From positions 1,294,722-1,358,721 of the forward strand of contig CAJINV010000017.1 in assembly GCA_905178155.1 (NCBI GenBank): 64,000 nt of DNA, given 5' to 3'. Positions 1 through 12,295 of this stretch are shown in pieces. A program made the position numbers and the translations under genes. Every line of letters begins with the position of its first letter. Position 1 is the first letter of the stretch. This DNA is from Amoebophrya sp. A120. Lineage: Eukaryota > Protista > Dinoflagellata. The notes beneath the pieces were generated by a model. That model saw nothing but the letters and a program-made list of their open reading frames with translations, made no database searches and was not told where the DNA came from.

Positions 1-13
1 AAAACTTGCCAAA

Positions 14-448
14 ATGCTTCAAGCAGGAAAAGACGCAGACGATGCTCACTTCCGTCAGCAGCTCGAAGAATTTGACAAGATTTACAAAAACCACCGCGCC
101 AGTATGCAGGCGCAGCACAAACAAGAACGGGAAGCGTTTTTGGAGCAGTTGCACTCGATGAATGCTTTGGGCGGAGTAGCGGAGCAAACGTTCAGGCAGA
201 AGATTGCCTCGGTGGACACCTTGCAGGTAGAAATTGACAAAAAGATGGACGAGAAACTCTCGGTGTGGAGGGAGCCGCCCGGCCAGCGGAAATCGAAGCT
301 GCATCGAATTGACGACGAACTGCGTGCTTTGAAAGCGAAGCAAGATGCTGCAGCGCAGGAACTTGGCGATTGGATCAAAAACTTCGGCCGCCAGCAGCAG
401 CAGGAGACTCCCGGCCGCGTCGGGAGCAGCAGCTTTCTCGCAGCCTAG
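14..448 (+). CDS. Coiled-coil protein, probably the 3' part of a gene starting before the window
   Basis: 144-aa ORF rich in E/Q/K with helical character; no recognisable domain. Confidence 0.5.
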   Translation: MLQAGKDADDAHFRQQLEEFDKIYKNHRASMQAQHKQEREAFLEQLHSMNALGGVAEQTFRQKIASVDTLQVEIDKKMDEKLSVWREPPGQRKSKLHRIDDELRALKAKQDAAAQELGDWIKNFGRQQQQETPGRVGSSSFLAA

Positions 449-2026
449 TGACGCGCGATCGCGTCCTCGTGGCAGCTTTTGGCGATACCAGGACTACTTC
501 TTTTCAGCAACTACAATTCCGCATCGTCATCTGTACACTTTTGTACACAATTTTGTCTATTTCGCAAGCGACTCGCATTTCTAAAAGTTTGCTTGCAGTG
601 CCCACCACCGTGTGATTGAGATAGTGAAGATGACATCTGAAAGTTTATTTAACTTTAAGTTTTACAAAGTGACAACACATTTTCAACCTGTTTACACATT
701 ACAGACTCCACCACGATTCATCCGGCTTCAGCTATGTTATGCTTTAAATTTTTCTACAACTCACTGCATCGGGTGGTTGGGTATTTCAAACATTGTAGTT
801 CTTTTTTCATATAGCTGAGGTCGTGTCATAATCATTTGTCGACAACTTGTATAACTTACAACAATGCCGCATTTTCGTTTTATAACAAGTTTGCAATTGA
901 TTCACCTTTACTTGCTTACTGTACTATCTTCCGCACCGCATACAACGCTTGAAACCGTTTCGCTTTTAGGAGAAGGAGACCTAGTAGCCGCATGACTTTG
1001 GGAGCAATTATTTCAAACCCTGTTCATTGTGAGCGAACTGGTGTCACGGGCACGAACAAGATGCAATGAATCGGACCGACAACGAGCTGGATATCGAACT
1101 AAATAGGAGGACTTCATCTATGAAGAAGAAGCGCGAAACTTGTTTTACTTTTTCAGTTATTACACAAAAAAAAAAGTCCTCAGATGTATACCTTTTTAAC
1201 ATATTTCATCAAGTCAAGATTTGAAAAAAAGCCGATCACTTTTTTCCCGCAAGGGTTTTTCTCGTTTAAGCCTACTTACACAGTTTACAAAATTAAGTCA
1301 TAACTTTATCAGAAAAATCATGATGTTGGTGATCCACGAGCAGAAGCAATGAAGAGCATGAGACTGAGCAGGACCAGAGGGCCTTGAAACAATTGACGCC
1401 ATGCCCGGGCAAGAACAGAAAGAAAGAAAGAACCTTGCTCATGTTTTCTTTGATGTGTGATTGATGAAGCAGCGGGCAGCTGCTGTTTAACAAGGCTTTG
1501 GGATCCTCTGAACAAGATCAACTCGGTACTGTCGACGCGACGTATGAAGCAGGATCAAATAATATGACTTGTGCACCAGCAAGTACGTCTTTTGGAATCC
1601 TGCTCCTGAGTGTGATGAGAGATGAATGAACTGAAGGTGTGGCGAGCAGGTTTTTCGTCGTTGTCGACTTCCCTTCTTCATCGCGCGGATCGCTTTCGGA
1701 CTCGTCTTTTTGAGGGGCAATTCGTCATCTTTACAGCTGATCGATCGGATTGACTTTCGTCGTGTCGCCTTTTGTCGCTCCTTTCGTTCGTTGATCATAT
1801 GAATGTATGAGTTTTTTCTTTTTCGATGGCCTGGCGCAGTTGGGGCGGGGGCGCAGGCGGAGTCGGACTCATTTGCAATTCAAGAATACGCTCGACGTAG
1901 GCTGCCCCATATTAAAAGCGGCTAGCAGTATTTTCGCGTCAAAGCGTTGTCCATACTAGAAGGAAAGTAGACCTCCACCGGGGGCACCGCAACATGAAAT
2001 AAAGTACCACGACCATCTTCAGCATC

Positions 2027-5000
2027 ATGTCTTATCAGGAAGTCGATGAGCGGCTTCGCATCCTGCGAATGGTCCGCGAGAAAGTGTCGAAGCTGCTGGA
2101 CACCGAGCAGAAATTGTTGGACAAGCCGTCCAAAAGGAAAGAAGATTCGACAGCCGGCCCGGGCAAGAAAAAAGCTGGCGGGAACAAAGACGCACCAAAA
2201 CAGACAGACTTGGACGGTGAACCGCCGGAACCGCTTGTGCCGGTGCTGGAGCGCGCTCTTTTGAAAGCAGTATTCAATGTCTGTGGCAACTTCTTGGCTG
2301 TAGGTGGAAAATGATAATATCAATATGCTGATCTATTGCGCTCAACAACGTGGATCTGGGTTATTTCGTTGGTGTATACTAGTTCTGAAAAAGAGAAGAA
2401 TATCCCTTGAAAGTAACGTTGTCTCTGAAGAAACTAACTTTCTTGCTTCTTCGTCGCGAACAAGAGACGGGAAAACGCAAAAAAAAAAACAGGAACACGC
2501 CACCCCCGAGCTCCTCCGGGCCCGAACTCGCAGCAGATCACCGGGCGCGGACACCTTGAAAAACCGCGATTTGGTCGATCTGAAAAGCACCGAGGAGCTC
2601 TTGCGGCAACGGGAAAGGATAGAAATTCTCTTAAAGGACCGGCTGAAGCAAAAAACAGAAGCGGCTCATCGCTCGGTGACGCCGCCCAGAGGACTACAGC
2701 GAAATTCTACAAATAACTCCGATGAGGTGGAAAACTTATCCTTCAGATTCGGCCGCACGCGCGATGAGAGCTTGACCCGCGGAGGAGACCACCTTCGCAG
2801 TAGAGATGAACTGCAAGAAGGCCGAGGTACTAAAAGCAAAAATGGCGCAAAAGGAGCTCTCCAACATCCGCCCTGGCGGCACGTGCAGCCGACGTCGGGC
2901 ATAGCGGATAAGTACGTGGAGGATAGTAGAAAATTGTACTCCGCGGACGTGGTAAATGAGCTGGAGGAGCACGAGAGCCAGCAACGAAAATTGCTGAAGA
3001 AGTACGAGGAAAGGAGAAAAAACCAACAACAACAGGGGAAGATGATGAATAAAGACGCTACTACTTCGAGTGTGGATGATGAAGTAGACAGCTTTCACTT
3101 AAAGCGCACGGAAGACGACATCTCCGCGCACAAGTCCAGGATGCAAGCGGCGGCGGAAATAAAAAAAAGGCTAGCGGGGGAGAACATGCGGAAAAAGCTG
3201 CAGGAGAAACTAGCGGCAAGTATCGCGAGGGCGAACGAACTGGCGGCGCAGAGTGCCGGGAAGCCGTTCTCAACCAGCTTATCCAGAGACAACGTCTTAG
3301 TAAATGCGGCTGATCATGTTAATGTTGTTCCACAACAATCTGAATCTGCAGGAACAATGGCACCTACTTCCACCTCCGCATCAAATTTCCGTCCCCCGTC
3401 CCGACGGAAGCAGCGGATGGAGCAACATAGACTAGACCGGGAGAAGGCGGACCGGGAGCAGAGGGAAAGGATTCAGGCAACGAGGCTGGGATTGAGAATC
3501 AAGAAAAGTAGCTCTTCTTCGTCGAAAGATAACTCCGCGGTCGATATTATTGAAGATACTAGCACGAATAAGCCGGCTAATATGAAGAAGACGAACAGCA
3601 GCAGCTCGACACGGCAAACCTCATCGACGAAAAAGATGATACTGGCCGCACAAGTGTACATAGACCCGGAAACGGGGGAGAAAATTGAAATCCGACAGGA
3701 ATTACGAAGAACGAGTCCGGTCGGGAGGTCTGGGACGCCGCCGAAAAATCTGGAGAGAGTGTACTAATATGTGAAATTATGTGATATCTACTCAGCAACA
3801 ATTAGTATGGTGCGTGACCACTATTTTAATTCCGCTCTTCGTTCACTGTCCGTGTCTTCTTCGTCTCTGATTTTTGTTACAACATTCCTTGCCGATGCCG
3901 TAAGGAGTACCGTACCGTAGACTGATGTCCGTAATACGGACATCATGTTCTACTCGGGTGAATGAGATAGCGAGGGTATCATGCTTAATCTCAAAAAAAG
4001 AGGAACATAAACAACCAGCTCCCGCAATCGAGACCCGGATTACCTGACGCCCCTCCGCCGCCCGAAGGAATCGGACATGATTAAGAGACCCCGGGGTTCG
4101 GAGCTGCGGGCCGTGAAAGTGAAAAACTACAGCAACAGCCTGCGGCCGGACATGCACCAGAGCAGGAGTTTGTCGGCGGAAGAGAAGAAGCGGGTGACGA
4201 TGCGGACCGAAGCAGCGAAGAACAAGTTTGTGACGCGGTGCAGATCGCCGAAAAGATACAAGAGGATGGACTTGATCTCCCGACAGTGGAACACCCGGAG
4301 TGAAAACGCGAAACTGGACATGCGAGAGGTGCACGACGCACAGAAATTGCGGAGAAAATCCGAAATTGGAGCGGAACGCATCTTGAAGAAGGAAATCCGC
4401 CCGAGACTACACGACCACGAACCGATTGATGCGTAGCCAAGATTTTCTGTTCGCTCGCCTGATTCTTGATTCTGTGTTGTGTAGCACTTTTTCTTTTTCC
4501 TGGAAGATTTATAGAACGGGTTCCAATCGGAATCGTGAAGTGCAATAGCTTGTTCTAAACTAAACTTCGCACTATGTATTTGCAACATCACAAGAACTAG
4601 AACTACACTTCTCTTCAATAAAAACAACATCAGCCTGAAGACCTCCGCCGAGGAGCACCAAGACTCTACCTACTACGGAGACGAAGGCAACCGATCGCGC
4701 TCAGGCACGCCGAAGAACAACAAGAAGCGTGGGTCGTATTACAAATACCCAAAGACATTGGAGGAGCACAAGAGCTTTCTGTCCGATAAAGTGAAACAAC
4801 AAACGGTGGCTGCAGGAGCAAGTGCGAATAGTACTACCGAAACCGGTGCGCCTTTCGACCCAACTTCCTCCATATTAACTTCTTCCCTTTCTAAACTACC
4901 AGTCCCAAAACCCAAAACCAACACCAAATATGTCCGGTCCGAGTCCGCGCAGCGGAGATTCGACTACGACCAGAAACTGAAGACGGAGCACGAGCGCAAG

Positions 5001-8000
5001 AAAGCGGACGAATTGCAGGCGCTTTACGACGACGCGATCAAGGGGACGGACTTGGAAGCGTTGGAGGCGATTCAGCAACGAATTATCGACGAAAAATTCA
5101 AGGAAGTCTACAACGAGGTGGCAGAAAAAGAGAAAACCAAGAAACAAGAAGACCCTCGGGACCAGAGTCAGAAACTGAAAAACCGCGGGCGGACGTTCAC
5201 GTTCGACGATCGCGCGGTAACGAGTGACGAGGAAGACAAGTCTCCTCATGACAATGGCGCTTTCCGAGGAGGAGATCGGTTGGAACAGCGAAGACAAGAC
5301 ATCAAGGAGAAACTACACAATAAGTCGAACTTCGCGTCCGCTACTCTGAAGAAGGACGTCGCGGTCCCTACAATTCGTCCAGTGGTTCCACATAAAACCT
5401 CCGACCAACGCACCTCTACCACAGGCCTGCTCGACGAAGCGGCGTACGTCTATGGCGTTCTCAGCTGCTACATTTTCAACTGTTACATGGATTTGCGACG
5501 CAAGAGTGGCAAAAGTGATAGGGGGGATCTTGCCCTTGCGCGTCTTGCATGACAGATTGGGCACCGATTATCAGCCTCCTGCTTGGCCCTCTGAGAATTT
5601 GCCATGCAAAGCAGCTTCGTGGTGTCGATTCTGAAGGCAATTTTGCATGTAACGGCTTTAGTTGCGCAGTCTGCTAAGCATGACAAAGCATAATCATGTA
5701 ATAGCTGAGAATGTAACGTTTGAGAACGCCATAACCTCCGCGACAGTTCGAACGTGAAGGACGGGGACGCGGACGAGAAGGGCGACTTGGCGGGAAAACT
5801 TGGCGAGTTCTTCCCGGATGACCAATTGCAGCTGATCGGGAAGGCACTGAAAATGTACGAGGAGCACACAGCAGGAGCATCGACAGGGGGGAATCAGCTA
5901 GTAGCTGCACGACCTCCAGAAGGGGAGGCCATTCCCCAAATGAGTAATTTCAGCAGCAACAGCCCGTTGGAAAGCGGGCAGGATGATTACTATGATAATT
6001 CCAACGCGATGAAGAACTTCTACTACGATAAGAATTCGTCGAACAACAACCCGTCAAATTCCAGCCACAACGCCAGTAGCAAAAGCTCCTCCGAACTGGA
6101 CCAACCAGCGCCACCACGACAAGTGAAAAAGCGCCAAACCGTCGCTTCTGTTGCGCCGAAGAAGCATCCGGACCACAACATTTCCTTCGGATTCAAACCA
6201 ACGGCGGTGAAACTCTCCGAGGCGGCGCAGAGTGAGGTGCGAACGTTGAAGGACTTGTTGCGGCCGTCGCCAAGACCAGGTGGGGCGAATTCATCTCGGG
6301 GGAACTCGCCGCGACAGAATCATGTTGGGGTTTTTCAACCCGGGATTTCGTCAGGAACGGTGAGCAAAAGCGTGAGTGACCACAGCGCAAAGAATGATCT
6401 TGCAGTGCAGCCAAGAACTCTGAACTTCAACAACTTCGAGGGGAGTCACAGTCAGACGTACGACCGCAACCTGTTTGTCGCCACCAGTACGGACGAAGAT
6501 CACTGCTCCATCCGGGTTGTAGAAGAGGACAAAGCGAAAACCCAGAAGAAAAAAGAGCGGGGCGAAGAGGAGGAACACGAAAATAATGGATTTGACACCA
6601 GCAAGCTGAATTTTGGGGAAGAGTCAAGTATTCCAGAAATCCACAATTCGGGTCTAGACGTCGACGACGAGGAAGATTTCGCTACTGCAACGAGACGATT
6701 GCACGCGGAGCTGTGGAATGAGCTGGAGAAAGAAGCAGGCGAATTCAATACTAGTGCACCAAGAGGAGCGGGACCAGCACGAGGCGAAGGAGTTATTGTT
6801 GAAAATAGTACTTCTATGCAAACGCCGGCGGACGACGGAGGCCGCGGAGCGAGTGCTGACGAGGAGCATTTTGCGGTGAAAATTGACTTTTCCTCTCCCG
6901 CGCCACCGACGGAAATGAAAGGCTTTCTAGCAGGGGCCCGCGGCGTGGTTGATCCGCTGTCAAGGACGATGGCTGGTTCTTCGAGACCGTTCCCGACTTC
7001 CGCGCCACCCACCGTTGCGAAGTACCCACCGCTACTGGCGACAGCGAGCAGTTGCGGTGCGGCGATCGGAAGTAACTGCAGCCCCCCATGGACAAGTGCG
7101 AAGAACCCACATTTCTACACGACTTCTCCGACAATGTTAACGCATGCGGGAAGAGTGCAGGTTTGTAGTAGTAACCAGATCACGAACTCTACAACTATTG
7201 TGGTGCCTGAGGAAGGGTCGTTGCAGCAGAGAAATCAGGTGAAGCAAAGCAGTATCGGAAACCAAAGCGGAGGAAGATTGATCAGCAAGTACGGCGAGGA
7301 ACAGGTGGACCAAGAGCAAAATCAAGATGGTATAATTGGGCGCGAGGAGAATGGTGCAGCTGTAATTACCGAAAGAACAAATAAGCCAACAGCTCGTGCC
7401 AACACCGTTTCCACCGGAGCGTCCTGCAGCGCCGCGACGAGCAGCAGCTCTACGAGTGGCGGAGTTGTAGTACCCCTGACTGGAGCAGGAGCTACTGGTC
7501 GCCCTGCTGCACATCAACAAGCACAACACAGCAAAAATGTCCCTGCTGTACAACAACCTCCACCACTCGCCGGTCCCTACGTTGCCCCTCCGCCACAGAA
7601 ACTCCGGTACCTACCACCCGGGATTTCGCTTCAACCGCCTCCGCTGCCGAAGTTTCCGCAGAGGCTGCCATCCGCCGATCCGTTGGAGCTGACCAACAGT
7701 TTGGTGGTGACGCGCAACAGCAGCAGCTCCGCGACGAATGTAAGGGTTGGGCCGGCTGGAACTGCAGCGCAAGGCCCCCGCCAAATGGAAATGATCAACA
7801 CTCCCTTTGTGAGCCCGCAGCACCCTGTGTCACGCCAACAGAGTTCTTCTGTTCTGGCTCCTCCGCAGAGAAGACCTTTGTTGTCTACCGCACCACCAAT
7901 GCCCATGACAAGATTTGTCGTGCACAAGCCGCCACCGGTCGCTGCGTCACACAAGGGGACTACTTCGGATCATTTGTACTACACGCCACAACTTCAGCAG

Positions 8001-8294
8001 CAGGAGCAGGTCCCCCCGTTGTATCAGAGATCTTCGTCCGTGCAGTCACTGCCGTCACACTCACAGCCACAGCAATATTACGAGTATCAACACCATCAGC
8101 AGCAGCACGGTCAACATCTCCAAACACCGAAGCGACAGGTAGAGCATCGGGTCAAAAACTCGAGATCGGTCAATGCGCGATCCTTGTCCCCCGGAGTTGC
8201 GTTCGGGCTGCCGAAAGCGTATGCGATGGTTTTGAAAAGTGGGGAGAAACAAGACAAAGAGCAGGGTAGCGCCTCGGTTGAACAACATCACTAG
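2027..8294 (+). CDS. Large multi-exon low-complexity/coiled-coil hypothetical protein
   Basis: ORFs 2027, 2304, 4077, 4758 and 5754 join in frame through GT-AG introns 2300-2492, 3761-4018, 4433-4633 and the TIR element at 5451-5733. Confidence 0.65.
5451..5733. mobile_element. Introner-like TIR element, family A, copy 1
   Basis: TATGGCGTTCTCA...TGAGAACGCCATA with ~39-bp imperfect TIR; flanks acgtc/acctc; same family at 30643 and 59057; removal rejoins ORFs 4758 and 5754. Confidence 0.9.
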
Positions 8295-9389
8295 TGGAAC
8301 GGAAGGCGGACGATAGTTTAGAAAGTTGAAAAGTGCCGCTTTGTTGTTGTAATATCGAGGACTTGTAGTAAAAGTATTCGCATGCGCATCGGAGGAATGT
8401 TTAAACTCTTGCAGATTTGTTTGTAGGTCGATTACTAGCGCTGAAAAGGACGCAACGTCGACCACAAAACTCACTGTCATCTTCCAGAAAGGTTTTGCAC
8501 ACAAGGAAAAATCTATCACAGAGTTCTGAAGATACGAGTAACAACCACTTTTTTGTCGGAGAGCAGTTCGTAAATGAGCTCAAAGATGACAGAAGCAGAC
8601 AGCAGCTGAAAAATCCAAAGTAACTAAAACTCAGACTACCTCTTGCTATACCAGTTTACCAGTATATGGAGTGATACACCAAAAGTAAAAACGTAAACAG
8701 TTCTTGTAGGATGTAGATGAAATCAACGCAACATGTATGTAAAAAGTTTTCTTTCTTTGAATGCTCTTGTGTTGTACACCAGAATATTCTGTGTCTCCGC
8801 GGCAGACAAGTTGAAAATTTGTTTCGGATGATATCCATGTACAAACAGAAAGATGATGTTGTGCCAAATGAAACATCTCTGCTTGTGCGGCTAAGGAGGC
8901 AGGATTCGCATTCATGGTTCTTCTAGAATTTACCTTCGTGGACGAGGCTTGTTCGAGGATGATCCTTTCCAATGCTACAAGCGAGATCTTGCACAGACAA
9001 CCGAAATGGATCCTGAATTTTCGCGATGGTGGTGCTGGGATCGTTGGTAAAAAACTAACTACTGGCAGAAAAGTGCGATGAAGCTCAGGATCCTGCACTC
9101 GCTAGAATCCGAGGAACAAAAGAACCTCATGCTCATTTTGATTTTTTTGCATGATATAGACCTTAAATACTCTGTGTCTGTGATCATCTTGTTGCGATCT
9201 TAAGTATTTCCGCACTCAAACATCAGGAGGCTAGGCGGCGGATAGGTCAGAGATGATGAGGATCATGAGTGAAGAACAAGTTGGTGGTCCCATTTGGTTT
9301 TAGAAAGAAGCACCGCGACTCACTGTTGTATAGTACGTTGTTTGATCAACCTTTTTATGACTAGCAGAAACCCAATTTAACCGAATCTC

Positions 9390-11443
9390 ATGGCAAAAAT
9401 TGCTCCCGCGACCACGGCCGCACCTGAAGAATGGGGCCGGCTGGAAGGCTTTGGTGTCGGTCAGGCCTCCGGTAGAGGAATGCGATTGCTTGCGCAGAAC
9501 AATTTGCTGATGCGGAATCTGGCGCAGCTGAAAAAGCCTCCGCAGGAGCTGCGGGAGCACGAGCAGGAAAATGGCGACGCCATAGTACACCTTCCCGCAA
9601 CCAATGCACTGGCAGCCCAGACGAGCCAGACCATAAGCAACCTCGATGGAGCAGCTGACCTCGAGCCTGATAGAAGCAAGCGACGAAAAATCGAGGAGGA
9701 CCACATTGTGAGTACCTGGCAAACAGGTGCAACCGTCCTCGTCGCTGATGTGCCTTCACGACCGAGCTCCCCAAGCGAAACGGACGATGAAAAGGACGAA
9801 GAGGTGGTAGAGGGACCTGCAGTGACTAAAATCCCCCAAAATGTTGAATCATCCCCCTCTTTACCCCCAGCGACTACTGCAGCAGCAGAGCGCCCATCCA
9901 CATCTTTACAGAAGGAGACTAGTACAACACAACCGGCGACTGACTCCAGCACTGCAAAGAAACCCAGCAAACCGAAACCGACCTCGTCCCGAACAAGCAC
10001 GACATCAGCACCATCATCTGCACACCTCCTCCGCCTCCAGAAGACCAAACCCGCCACCCCGTCGGACACCGTGTCCGGCCCGGCCTTCTACAGCGAGCGC
10101 ACCGGCGACCCGGTGTTCACCTTCGGCAACTACGAGACGTACTACAACTATCGCACGTTCGACGAACGGGTAAGCCGGATAGCGTTTGAATTGGACAAGA
10201 ACTTCTCCTTCACTCTAGAGGGGAAAAACGTCCTGGACATCGGCTGCAATTCCGGGAACGTGACCGCCGTATGGGAGTGTCAGTTTTGAAATCGACAAAG
10301 GTGAAATAATTTGCCATGCATAAAATCAATGGATGCCAGTTAGACCTGCAGTCTGTATTCGGTGCATGACAAATTTTCCCGGTCCTGGAAGCGAGTCTGT
10401 CATGCGGTTTAGGGCAAAAGAGCTGCCTTCTGTCATGCTAGTCAGCAATCCAACTTTTGACCCTTGCCAGGACTAGAATCTGCCTCCCTTGCGTCCTCTG
10501 CAATAAAATCACTTTCTGTATCGCATTTTATGCATTACAAGTTATTTCAACTTTGTCGATTTCAACTCTGACACATCCATACGCCGGGTTCGCCGAATAT
10601 TCGAAGACCGGACGGGTTGTCGGCTGCGACATCGACGAAACCCTAATTGCGAAGGCGTGCTGTAAGTGGCTCCTGCACGGAGATGGGGGACGACGACAGG
10701 GCGGGCAGGAGGATCTTCACACGGCTCAAAGCGACTGGATGTATGGGTCGACTCCAGCATCTTGGTCGACAACTACGTGTTCCAGTTCATCCTACTCAAA
10801 CCTATTCTTCGATGTGGCGAACTTTGCCACGGAGAAAGGCCAGATCCGGTTTTGCAAGGAGAAAGGGTTGCAAATTCTCAAGGACCAGCTGCACTACACG
10901 AGGGAACGACCTGCTGATGTGCGAATAAAGGATACACAAGAAGTCCGACTGGCGACTCCTCCTCATGGCAAGCACCAGAACCACGACGCGGTTGTGCGAG
11001 AATGTGCTCCTTCACCCCCTGGTCCAGAAGGAGTTTATTCGGGTCAACAATTCGTTTCCTTCGACGTGATTGTGGCCTTTTCCATCACAAAGTGGGTCCA
11101 CTATCAGTACGGCGATGCGGGGATCCAGCGGTTTTTCGATCAGATCTACGAGAACCTGAAGCCCGGCGGCTACTTCATCCTGGAGCCGCAGCCCTGGAGC
11201 AGCTACAAGAAAAAGCAGCACCTGACTGCGGACATCAAGCAGCGCGTCGCGGAGGTGAAAATCCATCCGGGCAGTTTCACGCGCTACTTGTCGGGTACGA
11301 TGGAGGTGGGTTTGTGTGAGTCGAAAATAAACGGAGCAGGAGCCTATGGTGGATTCGAGTTGAAGAAGCAAATATCGGGGAAGGAATTGCCGGGGTTTGA
11401 CCGAGATGTGTTCATTTATCAAAAACTTGGGGGAACAAAGTGA
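9390..11443 (+). CDS. Bin3/MePCE-family RNA methylphosphate capping methyltransferase
   Basis: FGNYETYYNYR, SAM motif VLDIGCNSG, VVGCDID, FSITKWVH..YGDAG, LKPGGYFILEPQPWSSY; interrupted by element 10270-10581. Confidence 0.9.
10270..10581. mobile_element. Introner-like TIR element, type G
   Basis: ~44-bp TIR (TATGGGAGTGTCAGTTTTGAAATCGACAAAG... / ...CTTTGTCGATTTCAACTCTGACACATCCATA); perfect cgccg direct repeat; removal gives GCNSGNVTAGFAEY. Confidence 0.92.
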
Positions 11444-12295
11444 CTTCGATCATGTTCCTGAACAACAGCGTTTGTTCATAGAATATTTTGATTGTTTACC
11501 ACCAAAATGCGAAGACCACGCGATATTGCGAGTATTTGATTTTCTTCCAACGTGGTATGGGAGACGAAAGCGAAACAGGACATAATTTCGTGCAAGCAGC
11601 TGACCCTTTTGAAGCGACATCGTCTGTAATTTTAACTTCCAATACATCATGGATGCGGGAGCTGCTCTGTGTGTTCGACGACATGAAGCGCCTGCGCTAG
11701 TTTTGTTCTCGTATACAGCCTGCTGTTTATGTGCCAAAACAAAACTGACCCGAGTCTGAATTGTTGTGATTCGCGCACTAAGGCAGCTTGGCGGCCGCTA
11801 GAGGAGGGCGCGGAAAAATAAAGCGTCGCGCGCATGCGCGCGCCGCCGCCGGTGCCGCTCTCCGCCTTGTTTTCAGAAAGTCAAAAGGTGCCTGGTCTCC
11901 GATTGATGTTTTCTATTGTTGTTCTGAATTGAGAGAGTGGTAGATTTAGCTTTAGGTGGTTACGAGCCTTCGTTCTCTTTGGCGTTCGCATTCGCATAAT
12001 TGTAGCGTTTTTGACCACAGGCACAGTGCATTGTTGAAGTTTGGTGGCACAAAAGCTGCAGGGCTTTCTTCGAATTTTAGTAAGTACAAGTAGTCCTAGT
12101 CCTGTCGCAGACGATGAAGTGCTTAGAAATCAAGATAAACCCGACCGCGACCGGGGGCAGGATAAACTACAAAACCCGTGACAGAAAATGCAGCTGATCA
12201 AGTACAAGTGCTTGCTTCTTCTAGTTTGACCAGCAGCAGGAGCACACCAGGCCACAGTACCGATTCGTGCTGGGCGATATTCACTTCGAGGGTTT

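Noticed and set aside
5451-5733. TA target-site duplication (Tc1/mariner-like) reading of the element ends
   Set aside because: TAT/ATA belongs to the TIR; a separate variable 5-bp repeat lies outside it, and that model best restores conserved motifs such as the J domain.
11828-11841. GC palindrome GCGCGCATGCGCGC upstream of the nuclease gene
   Set aside because: Short and low complexity; no evidence of function from sequence alone.
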